64,000 nucleotides of DNA from Rubrobacterales bacterium (GCA_038199875.1 JBBPYN010000076.1:7036-71035), one strand, 5' to 3'. Counted from the first letter of the stretch, positions 1 through 10,372 are shown. Made by a program: numbers and translations. The notes: generated by a model not told the origin, from the sequence alone.

Positions 1-752
1 GCGGCGAACTCTTCCGGGTCGGCGCTGCACACGAAGGTGGCAGCGCCCTCGTCATCGACGTGCCGAGGGCGGCGAAGGCGATCCCGCCTGGACAGGACGC
101 GGCCCACTTCGAGGGCGGTCTGGCCTGCTGAGGAGATCAGGCGCACCTCCGGACCGAGGATACGGTTGATGGGTGCCGAGATGAGCGGGTAGTGGGTACA
201 CCCGAGCACGACTGCGTCGACCATGCGCTCCATGAGCGGCTCAAGGTAGCCCCGCGCGACCGTTTCCAGCTCGGGCCCGTCCACCATGCCGCGTTCGATC
301 ATCGGCACGAACTCGGGGCATGCCTGCTCGTGGACCTCGATCCCCGCATCCAGAGAGTGAACGGCCCGCCTGTAGGCACCACTGGATGCGGTCAGCGGCG
401 TCGCCAGCACGCCGACGCGCCTGTTGCGCGTCTCCTCCACCGCGGCCCGCGCACCAGGCTCTATGACACCGATGATCGGGACCTCGAAAGAACGCTGGGT
501 CGCTCTGAGGGCGGCCGCCGTCGCCGTGTTGCACGCGATCACGACCAGCTTCACGTCCATCCCGATGAGGTAGTTGATGATCTCGAAGGTAAACCACCGC
601 ACCTCGGCGAGGTCCCTGACCCCGTAAGGCACCCTGGCAGTGTCCCCGAAATATACGGTGTGCTCGTAGGGCAGACGGTCCCTGATCTCCGCCAGCACCG
701 TCAGCCCGCCGACACCAGAATCGAAAACCCCAATTGGCCGCGGATCACTCAC
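1..752 (-). CDS. murI: Glutamate racemase (3' part runs off the window)
   Basis: Manual translation from GTG at 752 gives MSDPRPIGVFDSGVGGLTV...YFGDTARVPYG...LVVIACNTATAA, the typical MurI motifs. TATAAT lies 8 nt upstream. Confidence 0.93.
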   Translation of the reverse strand, partial: MSDPRPIGVFDSGVGGLTVLAEIRDRLPYEHTVYFGDTARVPYGVRDLAEVRWFTFEIINYLIGMDVKLVVIACNTATAAALRATQRSFEVPIIGVIEPGARAAVEETRNRRVGVLATPLTASSGAYRRAVHSLDAGIEVHEQACPEFVPMIERGMVDGPELETVARGYLEPLMERMVDAVVLGCTHYPLISAPINRILGPEVRLISSAGQTALEVGRVLSRRDRLRRPRHVDDEGAATFVCSADPEEFA

Positions 753-771
753 GGAACCGGATTATATCCTT

Positions 772-1015
772 TCAGCACGCTCCCTACGGTCGCTTGTCAG
801 CACGCTGCGCCCTTCGGGCTCCGCTCGTCCGCACGCTACGGGCCTTCGACCCTCACTCGTCAGCACGCTCAGGCTTTAAGCCTTCGCTTGTCAGCAAGTG
901 CGATCGTGTAGTGACCGCCGTTCGCAAGCAAAAGCTCACAGGCATGGCTTCGCTTTGCGAGCCTGGGAGACGCCATTCGAGATAAAGCTGAAAGCGACCG
1001 TAGGGAGCGTGCTGA
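772..1015. repeat. Composite REP-like element: 24-bp inverted repeats enclosing tandem ~31-bp hairpin units
   Basis: TCAGCACGCTCCCTACGGTCGCTT (772-795) is the exact reverse complement of 992-1015. TCAGCACGCT-like units start at 772, 797, 828, 860 and 891. Confidence 0.75.
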
Positions 1016-1043
1016 CAAGTGAAAGCCGAAGGCTGGAACGTGC

Positions 1044-1063
1044 GGGCCGGGGAACCCCGGCCC
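1044..1063. terminator. GC hairpin just downstream of ssrA
   Basis: GGGCCGGGG-AA-CCCCGGCCC is a perfect inverted repeat. There is no U-tract on the ssrA strand. Confidence 0.55.
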
Positions 1064-1070
1064 ATTTCAG

Positions 1071-1421
1071 TGGAGGCGGCGGGAATCGAACCCGCGTCCG
1101 CGAGCGCGCCGTCCGTGAGATTCTACGAGCATAGCTCCCGGTTTAGCTTCGCCTTCCGCAACGGACCGGGGCGCCGCCGCGAGGCTAGCCCGTTGAGTGT
1201 CCCCCCCGTGCACCGGGCCAGAACCCGGAGGGTGAGCCCACTAAATGACACCGGGAACCGGGCCGTGGGCCGCCCGGACCGATGGACTACTTGTTAATCA
1301 AGCAGCCAGAGCCATATCGTTATCGGCGTGTATCTTGTGTTGCCGGCGTTTTACGAGTCTCCAGCAAACTCGGCTCGTCTCACAGGACGCTGACCACTCC
1401 CGTCGAAGCCTATGCGCCCCC
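1071..1421 (-). ncRNA. ssrA: tmRNA
   Basis: 5' GGGGGCGCAUAGGCUUCGACGG and 3' GGUUCGAUUCCCGCCGCCUCCA form the tRNA-like domain. Tag ORF (A)ADNDMALAA* at 1327-1298. Directly downstream of smpB. Confidence 0.96.
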
Positions 1422-1472
1422 TTGTAAGACAAATATTCTACCATTTTGGAGGGATTCTGCAAACAAAACACG

Positions 1473-1925
1473 CTAGCGTCTCAGGCGTTCTTTCATGGCA
1501 CGTTCGATCTCGCGGTTCGCCGTCTTCTTGGCTATCTCGCGTCGTTTGTCGTACTGCTTCTTGCGGCCGGCCACGGCGATCTGCAGTTTGACGATGCCGT
1601 TTTTCGAGTAGAGCTTGAGGGGGATCAGGGTCTTACCGTCTTCCTGGCTCTTGCCTATGAGGCGGTCGATCTCTTTTCTGTGCAGGAGCAGCTTGCGGTC
1701 TCGGGTGGGGAGTTGCCTTTCCTGCCTGGCGTTCGCGTATGGCGAGATGTGCGCCCCGATCAGGAACACTTCCCCGTCCCTTACCCGCGCGTAGCTCTCC
1801 TTGAGGTTCGCCCTGCCTTCCCTGACGGACTTTACCTCGGGGCCCGTTAATTGTATGCCGGCTTCGTACGACTCTTCGATGTCGAAGTCGTGCAACGCCT
1901 TCTTGTTGCGCGCGAAGTCTGTCAT
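1473..1925 (-). CDS. smpB: SsrA-binding protein
   Basis: MTDFARNKKALHDFDIEESYEAGIQLTGPEVKSVRE...RKLLLHRKEI. ATG at 1925 overlaps the rnr stop (ATGA). Confidence 0.97.
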   Translation of the reverse strand: MTDFARNKKALHDFDIEESYEAGIQLTGPEVKSVREGRANLKESYARVRDGEVFLIGAHISPYANARQERQLPTRDRKLLLHRKEIDRLIGKSQEDGKTLIPLKLYSKNGIVKLQIAVAGRKKQYDKRREIAKKTANREIERAMKERLRR

Positions 1926-3535
1926 AAGTGTTTCACCACCCTCAGCTCGGCCCGCTGCATCAGCGGGAGAACATCGAGCAATTCTACCAGTACCCTGTCC
2001 CCCACCCTGTAGGAAGCCCCTATTGCGTCGTTGGAGAGGACGACGCCGTTCGCCTCCAGCTCCCACCAACCGGGGAGCTTGCTCACGTGGACGAGGCCAG
2101 TCGCGCCCGTCTCGAGCTCCACGAAGAGCCCGAAGGAGGCCGTGCTCACAACAGTTCCTTCTAGCACATCCCCCACCCTGTCACGCATCAGCCACATCAG
2201 CGTGTACTCATCCGAGGTACGCTCGCAGATCATGGACCGGTACTCCCTCTCGGAGATGGATTCCGCGACCGCAGGGAGGTCCTCGGGCGGGTCTTCGTCG
2301 AGCAGGGCGCGGTGGACGAGGACGTCAGCGTAGCGACGGATCGGGGAGGTGAAGTGGGTGTAGTGCTCGAGGGCAAGGCCGTAGTGGCCCAGGTCATCGG
2401 GCGAGTAGAGGGCGCGCGGGATGGAACGTAGGATCAGGTAGTTCACCGCGTCGGACTTGGCCATCTGGGAGATGGTCCCCAGGTTCTCGGGCGTTGGCTC
2501 CGCCTGCATCCCGACGGCGGCGAGCCGCTCGGCCAGTGTCTCCAGCGACTCAGCATCCGGCCTCTCGTGTACCCTGAAGACGCCGCTCTTCTTGTGCTGC
2601 AGCATCTTCGCGACCGATTCGTTGGCGAGGACCATGAGCTCTTCGATCAACTCCCTCGCCGGCGTCGAACGGCGGACTCCGGCGCCAAAGGGAACCCCAT
2701 CTTCATCGATCTCGTATTCGGGCTCGCGCCCGCCGAGCTCCAACTTGCCCCGTCTCGCAGCCCGCATCTTGAGCTTGCGCGAGAGCTCGTAAGCGGTCCT
2801 GATCAGCTCCGACCTCTCCACCTCTCCCTCACCGAGCAAGAACGCGTCGACGGCCTCGTAGGTCAGCCTGGCATCGCTGACGATCACGCTCCGGTAAGCC
2901 CTGAAGCCCCTGGCTACGCCTTCTGCGTCGACCTCCATCTCGACCGAAACGGCTGCCCGATCAGCGTGCGGCCTCAAGGAGCAGACGTCGTCCGAGAGAC
3001 GCCGGGGGAGCATCGGTGCAACCGTCCCTGGAAGATAGACCGAGTTGGCCCTGTAGGCCGCCTGCTTGTCTAGCGCGGAGCCGGGATCTACGTATTGCGT
3101 CACGTCGGCTATATGGACCCAGACCCTGTACCCACCGTCGGCGCGCTCGACCGAGATCGCATCGTCGAAGTCTTTGGCGTCAGCGCCGTCGATGGTGACG
3201 GTAGGCAGGTGACGCAGGTCCTGGCGCTCACCTTTCTCTCTGTGTGCAACAGCTTCGGCCTCCTCCTCGACCTTCCGCGGAAACCCTCGGGAGGTCCCGA
3301 TGGAGGCGAAGAGGGCCTCGTAGACGTTTCGCGGGTCCTCGGAGGTCCCGATCACACGCGTCACCTCGCCCCGCAGCGAGCGGTTCTTCTCGCGGGCGTT
3401 CACGAGGACGATATCTCCAGCTTCGGCACCCCTGCGAAGCTTGCGTGCGACCAGCACGGGACGCCGCTCCTCGACGAAGAGCGGGTCTGCTACCGAGTAC
3501 TTCCCCCGACGGACCAGCATGGCCGGAAGTATCAA
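1922..3535 (-). CDS. rnr: Ribonuclease R (RNB + S1), short form; start uncertain (3520/3535/3583)
   Basis: Catalytic TIDGADAKDFDDAIS and HFTSPIRRYAD motifs, C-terminal S1 domain, coupled to smpB. Confidence 0.88.
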   Translation of the reverse strand: MILPAMLVRRGKYSVADPLFVEERRPVLVARKLRRGAEAGDIVLVNAREKNRSLRGEVTRVIGTSEDPRNVYEALFASIGTSRGFPRKVEEEAEAVAHREKGERQDLRHLPTVTIDGADAKDFDDAISVERADGGYRVWVHIADVTQYVDPGSALDKQAAYRANSVYLPGTVAPMLPRRLSDDVCSLRPHADRAAVSVEMEVDAEGVARGFRAYRSVIVSDARLTYEAVDAFLLGEGEVERSELIRTAYELSRKLKMRAARRGKLELGGREPEYEIDEDGVPFGAGVRRSTPARELIEELMVLANESVAKMLQHKKSGVFRVHERPDAESLETLAERLAAVGMQAEPTPENLGTISQMAKSDAVNYLILRSIPRALYSPDDLGHYGLALEHYTHFTSPIRRYADVLVHRALLDEDPPEDLPAVAESISEREYRSMICERTSDEYTLMWLMRDRVGDVLEGTVVSTASFGLFVELETGATGLVHVSKLPGWWELEANGVVLSNDAIGASYRVGDRVLVELLDVLPLMQRAELRVVKHL

Positions 3536-3654
3536 GAGAGCGCTCCCAAAAGTATCTCGTAGGGCACGCTCAGAGTCTACCACGCAGCAGGTTTTCTTTA
3601 GTCTTTGGGCATCAGGCCAAAGGCTTCAGGTTCTGTAACCTGAGGCCTGAAACG

Positions 3655-4539
3655 CTATATCTTCCTGAGGAACCTCGTTACGGAGAGGAAGCTACCGATT
3701 ACGCCTATGCCCACCCCTGCGACTACCAGCGTCAGGAGCATGAGGGGGGCGTTTACGGCGGCGTCCGAGACCGGGACGAAGGGAAGGGCGTCGTGCGCCC
3801 AGTCGATGAAGAGGTAGTTGATCCAGATGACGGCGAGCGCGGCGAGTAGTGAGCCGACGAGGCCCTGGAGGAGGCCTTCGAAGACGAAGGGGGTACGCAC
3901 GAAGCCGTCTGAGGCGCCGACCAGCTTCATCACTTCGATCTCCTGGCGTCTGGCGAAGATGGAGAGCCTTATGGCGTTGGAGATAAGGAGCACGCTCGCG
4001 ATCAGGAACAACAGCGTGGCCCCGTAGAGGCCCCAGATCACGACCGAGGTCACCGAGTTGAGGCGGTCGATGGTCTGCTGCGGATAGCTGAGGTCGTCTT
4101 CGGTGAACCCCTCTTGCTTCAGTTTTTCAGCCACCTGGTTGGCGGTGCCAGGGTCTTCGAGTTGGATCTGGACCGACGCCGGTAGGACGCCCTGGTCGAG
4201 GTCCTTGTACAAATCCGGCTGGTCTTTGAACTGATCTTTGAACTCGGCGAAGGCCTCCCCTTCTGAGACCTCGGTTACCCTGGAGACCTCGGGCCAGCCT
4301 TCAACCTTGTTCGCGAGGGCGTCTAGCTCCTGGCTGGTGGCGTCGGGCGGGAACACCTCGACGCTCACGTCTTCGCGCACCGAGCCTATTATCCCCTGGA
4401 TATGGTCGCTGACGAGAAGACCAAGCCCGAGGACCAGGATACAGATGAACGTGGTCGTGACGGCGGTGAGGCTCATGAGCAGGTTGAGCCTGATGTTCTT
4501 GAACGCCTCGGTCAGGAAGAAACCCAGGTTAAACCTCAT
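3655..4539 (-). CDS. ftsX: Cell division permease FtsX
   Basis: TM topology and AIRLSIFARRQEIEVMKLVGASDGFVRTPF motif; follows ftsE. Confidence 0.95.
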   Translation of the reverse strand: MRFNLGFFLTEAFKNIRLNLLMSLTAVTTTFICILVLGLGLLVSDHIQGIIGSVREDVSVEVFPPDATSQELDALANKVEGWPEVSRVTEVSEGEAFAEFKDQFKDQPDLYKDLDQGVLPASVQIQLEDPGTANQVAEKLKQEGFTEDDLSYPQQTIDRLNSVTSVVIWGLYGATLLFLIASVLLISNAIRLSIFARRQEIEVMKLVGASDGFVRTPFVFEGLLQGLVGSLLAALAVIWINYLFIDWAHDALPFVPVSDAAVNAPLMLLTLVVAGVGIGVIGSFLSVTRFLRKI

Positions 4540-5215
4540 CTGCGTAAGCCCCCTTCACCTTATCGCGTACGATACGCCCCTCATCGAGGGCGACCACCCG
4601 CTTGCGCATCACATCGACCATCTCCCTGTCGTGGGTCGCGACCACGACGGTTGTGCCTATGCGGTTGATCCTGTGCAGAAGCTGCATGATGCCGACGCTG
4701 GTGTTCGGGTCGAGGTTGCCCGTTGGCTCGTCGGCGACGAGTATGGGCGGCTGCGAGACGAAGGCCCTTGCTATGGAGACGCGCTGCTGCTCGCCGCCGG
4801 AGAGCTGGCCCGGGTACTTGTCCATCTTCACCGAGAGGCCGACGAGGTCGAGTATCTGGGGTACCTTCGTGCGGATAGTACGCCGCTTCTGGCCCGTGAC
4901 CTCCATCGCGTAGGCTACGTTCTCTGATGCCGTCTTGTTGGGTAGAAGCTTGAAGTCCTGGAAGACGCACCCGATCTCGCGCCGAAGCCGCGGAACCCTG
5001 CGCCGCGGCACGGAGGAGAGCCTGGAATCGTTGACGAAGATGGACCCGGCGGAGGGCTCCATCTCCTTCAAGATGAGGCGCACTATCGTGGACTTACCCG
5101 AGCCGCTGGCCCCAACCAGGAACACGAACTCACCCGGGTCTATCTCGAGGTTTATCCGCTCGAGGGCGACCGTGTCGTTACCGTAAACCTTGGTTACGTT
5201 GTTGAATCGGATCAT
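4529..5215 (-). CDS. ftsE: Cell division ATP-binding protein FtsE
   Basis: GASGSGKS Walker [23 protein letters not shown]. Confidence 0.95.
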   Translation of the reverse strand: MIRFNNVTKVYGNDTVALERINLEIDPGEFVFLVGASGSGKSTIVRLILKEMEPSAGSIFVNDSRLSSVPRRRVPRLRREIGCVFQDFKLLPNKTASENVAYAMEVTGQKRRTIRTKVPQILDLVGLSVKMDKYPGQLSGGEQQRVSIARAFVSQPPILVADEPTGNLDPNTSVGIMQLLHRINRIGTTVVVATHDREMVDVMRKRVVALDEGRIVRDKVKGAYADEV

Positions 5216-5328
5216 GATCTCTCCAAGTGTGTTTTGCCGGCCGTCACTAATCCCGATGCTTTATTCGAGATCCCCCCTCCAGGGACCCGGCCGGCCATCG
5301 GGGACGATAGCAACAACCGCGGGCTTTA

Positions 5329-6051
5329 TCAACCGCCGGGGTAGGCCCCGAGCAGTATGCTTGGCACCCTCCCGTTTAGCACTAGCCGTCCCTCCCCGGT
5401 CTCGACCCCGGTGATCCTGGTCTGGTATGGCAGACGGTCGAGGGGGTACTCGAACTCAGCCCCTGCGAGCAACTCGTCGGCGAGCTCCTCAGGCACGGGT
5501 ACACCTGCGGCCTCGAGGCCCTGCGGCTCGAAGACGAGGTCGCCGTCGCGCACGCTCAGGTCCCCTTCCACATCGACGGGGAGCTGCGTGCCAAGCGCCG
5601 AGGCCTCAGACCCGATGACCACCCCGCCATCCTTCAAGTCGACGCCGGTAACGGGCATCTCGGATCTCGCCTCGGCCAGGCGTAAGATCTCGTCTTCGGA
5701 GACCTCGACCCGCAGGTCTCCCGAGAGTGGCTCCCTGTCGACCACGCGACCGTTCTTCATGGTGGCCCACACGTTGATATCGAAGGGGTCCAACTCGATA
5801 CTCGCCCTCTCCGCCCGCACGCCGCCAAGATCGGCGTTCCTCATGACGACACGGCCACCCGCGAACTCTCCCCGCAGCATCGACAGTGGGGGGTCGCTCC
5901 TCAGCTTTACCTCAGGCTGCTTTTCGACCCCGAGGCGGGTCTTAACGTCGCGCGCGACCCCGTACTCGAGCAACGACGGCAAGAAAGTGTATGGCCCGAT
6001 CAGGAATACGACGACCACGGGCACGAGTACGGCGGCGAAGACGCTCCGCAC
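5329..6051 (-). CDS. DUF2993 / LmeA-like phospholipid-binding protein
   Basis: N-terminal TM anchor followed by beta-rich domain (P.L.MLRGEF.GG.V); family recognised by eye. Confidence 0.65.
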   Translation of the reverse strand: MRSVFAAVLVPVVVVFLIGPYTFLPSLLEYGVARDVKTRLGVEKQPEVKLRSDPPLSMLRGEFAGGRVVMRNADLGGVRAERASIELDPFDINVWATMKNGRVVDREPLSGDLRVEVSEDEILRLAEARSEMPVTGVDLKDGGVVIGSEASALGTQLPVDVEGDLSVRDGDLVFEPQGLEAAGVPVPEELADELLAGAEFEYPLDRLPYQTRITGVETGEGRLVLNGRVPSILLGAYPGG

Positions 6052-6055
6052 GGCG

Positions 6056-7147
6056 CTAGGCTGCGGTCCGGTTTTTCAGATAAGCGTAGATAAACGCATC
6101 GAGGTCGCCGTCCAGCACCCTATCGACGTTCGCCGTCTCCTCGGCGGTACGGTGGTCCTTGACGAGCTTGTAAGGGTGGAGCACGTAGGACCGGATCTGG
6201 GACCCCCATTCGATCTCGGCCTTCTCCCCGCTCTGGGCGGCGATCTCCTGCTCACGTTTCTCACGCTCGAGCTCGAAGAGGCGCGCCCTGAGGACCCGCA
6301 TCGCCACCTCGCGGTTCTGGTGTTGGCTCCGCTCGTTCTGGCACTGCGCCACTATGCCCGTGGGGAGATGTGTGATTCTGACCGCGGAGTCGGTCTTGTT
6401 GACGTGTTGGCCGCCAGCCCCCGAAGCCCTGTAGGTGTCCACCTTGAGGTCTTTCTCATCTATCTCTACCTCGACGGCCTCGCCCACCACGGGAGCGACG
6501 GCGACGGAGGCGAAGCTCGTGTGCCTCCTCGCGCCGGCGTCGAAGGGGCTGATCCTGACGAGGCGATGCACCCCGCGCTCGGCAGACAACAGCCCGAAGG
6601 CGTACTCCCCAGAGACGGTGAAGGTGGCGCTCTTTATGCCAGCCTCCTCACCCTCGGTGTACTCAATGACCTCGAGCCCGAAACCACGCCGCTCGGCCCA
6701 GCGCCTGTACATCCTGGCCAGCATCTCGGCCCAGTCCTGCGAGTCGACCCCGCCCGCGCCTGAGTTGATGGTCAATATGGCGTCGCCGTCGTCGTACTCG
6801 CCGGAGAAGAGCCTTGCCACCTCCTGCTCCTCGAGTACCCGCTCGACCCGCCGCAACTCCTCCTGGACTTCGGAGAGTAGTTTCCTGTCCTCCTCGGCCA
6901 GCTCTAGTAGCTCCTCGGAATCCGTGAGGCTTCCCCTTAGCCCGGCGAGGAGTTCGATCCTACCCTGCACGCGCGAGAAGCGGGCGGATACAGCCTTGGC
7001 CTCCTCGGGGTCGTCCCAGAAACCGGGCCGACTCATCTCGTCGCCCAGCTCCCCCGCCTCGCCCCGCAGCCCCTCCACGTCGAAGAACGCCTCGAGCTCG
7101 GCGAGGCGTTCTTCCAACTTGGAGGTCTTGTCATTTGACTCTGTCAC
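6056..7147 (-). CDS. prfB: Peptide chain release factor 2 (no programmed frameshift)
   Basis: SPF tripeptide (RISPFD) and GGQ motif. GTG at 7147 overlaps the secA TAG (TAGTG). Confidence 0.96.
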   Translation of the reverse strand: MTESNDKTSKLEERLAELEAFFDVEGLRGEAGELGDEMSRPGFWDDPEEAKAVSARFSRVQGRIELLAGLRGSLTDSEELLELAEEDRKLLSEVQEELRRVERVLEEQEVARLFSGEYDDGDAILTINSGAGGVDSQDWAEMLARMYRRWAERRGFGLEVIEYTEGEEAGIKSATFTVSGEYAFGLLSAERGVHRLVRISPFDAGARRHTSFASVAVAPVVGEAVEVEIDEKDLKVDTYRASGAGGQHVNKTDSAVRITHLPTGIVAQCQNERSQHQNREVAMRVLRARLFELEREKREQEIAAQSGEKAEIEWGSQIRSYVLHPYKLVKDHRTAEETANVDRVLDGDLDAFIYAYLKNRTAA

Positions 7148-9735
7148 TAGGCACCCTTGGCCTCGGACCCGAGCGGCGTCGCGCCTGGCATCCCGTGGCA
7201 CTTCTTGTATTTCTTGCCGCTCCCGCACGGGCAGGGGTCGTTGCGGCCGATCTTACCCTCTGTCCTGCGCGGGCTCGTCGGACGCTGGTTCGGCTCCTCG
7301 CTGCCGCCGCTGTAGGAGAGCTGCTGCATCTCCTCCTCGCGCAGCTTGATGTTCTCGACGCGGTAGATGTAGGTGACGTAGTCTTCCTTGAGGCCCTGCT
7401 CCATCTCCTGGAAGATGTCGTAGCCTTCGCGCTTGTACTCGACCAGCGGGTCGCGCTGGGAGAGACCGCGCCAGCCGATCCCTTCGCGCAGGTAGTCCAT
7501 CTCGTAGAGATGCTCCCGCCAGCGGGAGTCGACCACCGAAAGCAGCGTCCGGCGCTCGGCCTCCTCGAAAGTACCAACCCCGTCGCCGCGCGCGAGCCCG
7601 ATGCTCTCGAGCTCGACGGTCCGCTCGTCCCATTCGGCCTTTCGCTCCTCCAGACGCTCGCGGGCATCTTCGAGGACCATCGCCAGGACCTCCGCGGCCG
7701 TCAGCGTCTCCACGTCGATGGCCTTGAAATCTACCCTGCTCGGGTAGAAGCGGTTTACCTCGGTAGTGAGGGCGCTCAGGTCCCAGTCTTCCGGGTAGAC
7801 GTCCTCCGAGACGTACTCGGAGACGACACCTGTGAGAACGTCATCCACGTAAGACGCTGTGTCTACGTCCTCGCCCATCAGGATGTCGCGTCTTATCGTG
7901 TAGATCACCTCTCGCTGCTTGTTGAGCACGTCATCGTACTCCAGGATGCGTTTCCTGATCTGGAAGTTGCGGCTCTCGACCTGCTCCTGGGCGCGCCTGA
8001 CGGAGTTGGAGATCATACCCGCTTCGATCGGCACGTCCTCCTCGAGCCCTATGCGCTCGATGACGCCCTGCATCCTCTGGCCACCGAAGAGCCTCAAGAG
8101 CTCGTCCTCGAATGAGAGGTAGAACCTCGACTCGCCGTGGTCTCCCTGCCTCCCCGACCGGCCCCTGAGCTGGTTGTCTATGCGGCGCGCCTCGTGACGC
8201 TCGGTGCCGAGGACGTAGAGCCCCCCGACATCGGGGACGCCCTCGCCGAGCTTGATGTCTGTCCCACGGCCTGCCATGTTGGTCGCGATGGTCACCGCGC
8301 CCCTCTCGCCGGCCTCGGCGATGATCTCCGCCTCCCGCTCGTGCTGCTTGGCGTTGAGGATATTGTGCGCTATCCCCCGCCGCTTGAGAAGCTCCGAGAG
8401 CCGCTCCGAGACGTCGACAGAGACAGTACCGACCAGGATGGGTTGGCCCAGCTTGTTCCGCTCGGCAATGTCATCGACGACGGCCCTGTGCTTGGCCTTC
8501 TCGGTCTTGTAGACGAGGTCGTCTTTGTCGTCTCGGATCATCTCCTTGTGCGTGGGGATGGAGACGACCTCCATCTTGTACGTGTGCATGAACTCGTCGG
8601 CCTCGGTCGCCGCTGTGCCCGTCATGCCTGAGAGCTTGTCGTACATCCTGAAGAAGTTCTGGATGGTGATGGTGGCTACGGTCTGGTTCTCCTCCCGGAT
8701 CTCGACGCCCTCTTTGGCCTCTATGGCCTGATGGAGCCCCTCTGAATAGCGCCTGCCCTCGAGCACACGCCCCGTGAACTCGTCCACGATGTAGACCTGC
8801 CCGTCGGTGACGATGTACTCGTCGTCCTTGTGGAAAAGCGTCTGGGCTCTTAAAGCCTGGTTGAGGTGGTTGACGAGGTTGGTGTTGACGTCGTCGTAGA
8901 GGTTCTCTATGCCAAGCGCGTTCTCGACCTTCTCAACGCCGCCCTCGGTCGGGGCCACCTGCTGCTTTTTCTCGTCGACTTCGTAGTCCTCGCCATCCTT
9001 CAGGCGCGGGATTATGGCTGCGAAACGGTAGTAGACGTCGGCTGCGCTCTCGGGCATACCTGAGATAATGAGCGGGGTGCGGGCCTCGTCGACCAGGATC
9101 GAGTCGACCTCGTCCACTATTGCGAAGTTGAGGTCGCGCTGCACGAGCTGCTCGGTCGAGGTCGCTATGTTGTCGCGGAGGTAGTCGAAGCCGAACTGGG
9201 CGTTGGTGCCGTAGGTGATATCCGAGTGGTAGGCGACCTTGCGCTCATCGAAGTCCATGCTCTCCTGGACAAGCCCGACCTCGAGCCCGAGGAAGGTGTA
9301 GATCTCACCCATCCAACCGGCGTCGCGCCTCGCCAGGTAATCGTTGACGGTTACGACGTGTACACCCTTGCCTTCGAGGGCATTGAGATAAACAGGCATT
9401 GTGGCGGCGAGCGTCTTGCCCTCACCTGTCTTCATCTCCGCGATCTTACCCTCATGCAAGACTATGCCGCCCATGATCTGGACGTCGAAGGGACGCATCC
9501 CGAGCGTACGCCTGGAGACCTCCCGCACGACGGCGAAAGCCTCGGGCAGCAGCCCGTCGACGGTCTCCCCACCCTCGAGCCTCTCCCTGAACTCGTCGGT
9601 CTTGGCCCGCAGCTCCGAGTCGCTAAGCTTCTCCATCTCGGGCTCGAGCGCCGAGACCGCCTCCACGCGCTGCTGCAGGACCTTGACCTTGCGGCCCTCG
9701 CCCAACCTCAATATCTTCGTCAACAAGTTCGCCAA
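7147..9735 (-). CDS. secA: Preprotein translocase ATPase SecA
   Basis: [39 protein letters not shown]-terminal [17 protein letters not shown]. Confidence 0.98.
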   Translation of the reverse strand: MANLLTKILRLGEGRKVKVLQQRVEAVSALEPEMEKLSDSELRAKTDEFRERLEGGETVDGLLPEAFAVVREVSRRTLGMRPFDVQIMGGIVLHEGKIAEMKTGEGKTLAATMPVYLNALEGKGVHVVTVNDYLARRDAGWMGEIYTFLGLEVGLVQESMDFDERKVAYHSDITYGTNAQFGFDYLRDNIATSTEQLVQRDLNFAIVDEVDSILVDEARTPLIISGMPESAADVYYRFAAIIPRLKDGEDYEVDEKKQQVAPTEGGVEKVENALGIENLYDDVNTNLVNHLNQALRAQTLFHKDDEYIVTDGQVYIVDEFTGRVLEGRRYSEGLHQAIEAKEGVEIREENQTVATITIQNFFRMYDKLSGMTGTAATEADEFMHTYKMEVVSIPTHKEMIRDDKDDLVYKTEKAKHRAVVDDIAERNKLGQPILVGTVSVDVSERLSELLKRRGIAHNILNAKQHEREAEIIAEAGERGAVTIATNMAGRGTDIKLGEGVPDVGGLYVLGTERHEARRIDNQLRGRSGRQGDHGESRFYLSFEDELLRLFGGQRMQGVIERIGLEEDVPIEAGMISNSVRRAQEQVESRNFQIRKRILEYDDVLNKQREVIYTIRRDILMGEDVDTASYVDDVLTGVVSEYVSEDVYPEDWDLSALTTEVNRFYPSRVDFKAIDVETLTAAEVLAMVLEDARERLEERKAEWDERTVELESIGLARGDGVGTFEEAERRTLLSVVDSRWREHLYEMDYLREGIGWRGLSQRDPLVEYKREGYDIFQEMEQGLKEDYVTYIYRVENIKLREEEMQQLSYSGGSEEPNQRPTSPRRTEGKIGRNDPCPCGSGKKYKKCHGMPGATPLGSEAKGA

Positions 9736-9768
9736 AACAAGCTACCTCATATTAGTGGTCGCACCGGA

Positions 9769-10320
9769 CTACCGGGCAGGCTCTATGAGCCCGTAGTTTC
9801 CGTCACGACGCCGGTATACCACATTTATGTCGCCGGTATCGGCGCTGGTGAACACGTAGAAGTCGTGGCCGAGGAGCTCGAGCTGGAGTACCGCCTCCTC
9901 CTCGCTCATCGGCTTCATCTGGAACTGCTTGGTCCTCACGATGCGGGCCCCGAACTCCTCCTCATCCTCGACGACGAAGGGTTGCGCCGTGTTCTTCAGC
10001 TGGCCCTGCCAGCGGTCGATCTGACGCCCCCTCAAACGCTTGACCTGCCGCTCCAACTTGTCCGCCATTTTGTCGATGGAGGCGTACATGTCCTCGGAGG
10101 CGTCGCTTGCCTTGAGCACCGACCCGTTGATGAACAACGTGGCCTCGGCCACCTCAGGCTCGGAGACGGCGCGGTTGCGCTCGTGCATGAGCTCGACCTC
10201 GGCCCGCGAGACGCTCCGCTCCTCGTCAAAGAACCGGGCGACACGCTCCACCTTCTCCCTCGCGTACCGCTCCAGCGCCTCCGTCACAGGGATGTTGCGC
10301 CCTTTGACCAGTATGTTCAT
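9769..10320 (-). CDS. hpf: Ribosome hibernation promoting factor (long HPF)
   Basis: DMYASIDKMADKLERQVKR plus C-terminal KPMSEEEAVLQLELLGHDFYVF domain. Confidence 0.93.
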   Translation of the reverse strand: MNILVKGRNIPVTEALERYAREKVERVARFFDEERSVSRAEVELMHERNRAVSEPEVAEATLFINGSVLKASDASEDMYASIDKMADKLERQVKRLRGRQIDRWQGQLKNTAQPFVVEDEEEFGARIVRTKQFQMKPMSEEEAVLQLELLGHDFYVFTSADTGDINVVYRRRDGNYGLIEPAR

Positions 10321-10372
10321 TTGCCTCCCTTCGGTCGGCTTTGGCTTCTAGCCCTTGGCTTCTAACTAACAG

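Noticed and set aside
772-900. CRISPR mini-array
   Set aside because: Repeats are only about 16 nt and degenerate, spacers are 9-16 nt and self-complementary, and no cas genes are present. A REP-like origin fits better.
5357-6763. Long plus-strand ORFs (e.g. 468 aa here, 571 aa at 29880-31595, 393 aa at 18477-19658)
   Set aside because: They are antisense shadows of well-supported genes, expected at high GC, and show no recognisable motifs.
10341-10364. Short direct repeats (TTGGCTTCTA x2) and similar filler at 3605-3650, 11160-11220 and 22580-22610
   Set aside because: Low-complexity intergenic repeats too short and irregular to assign a function.
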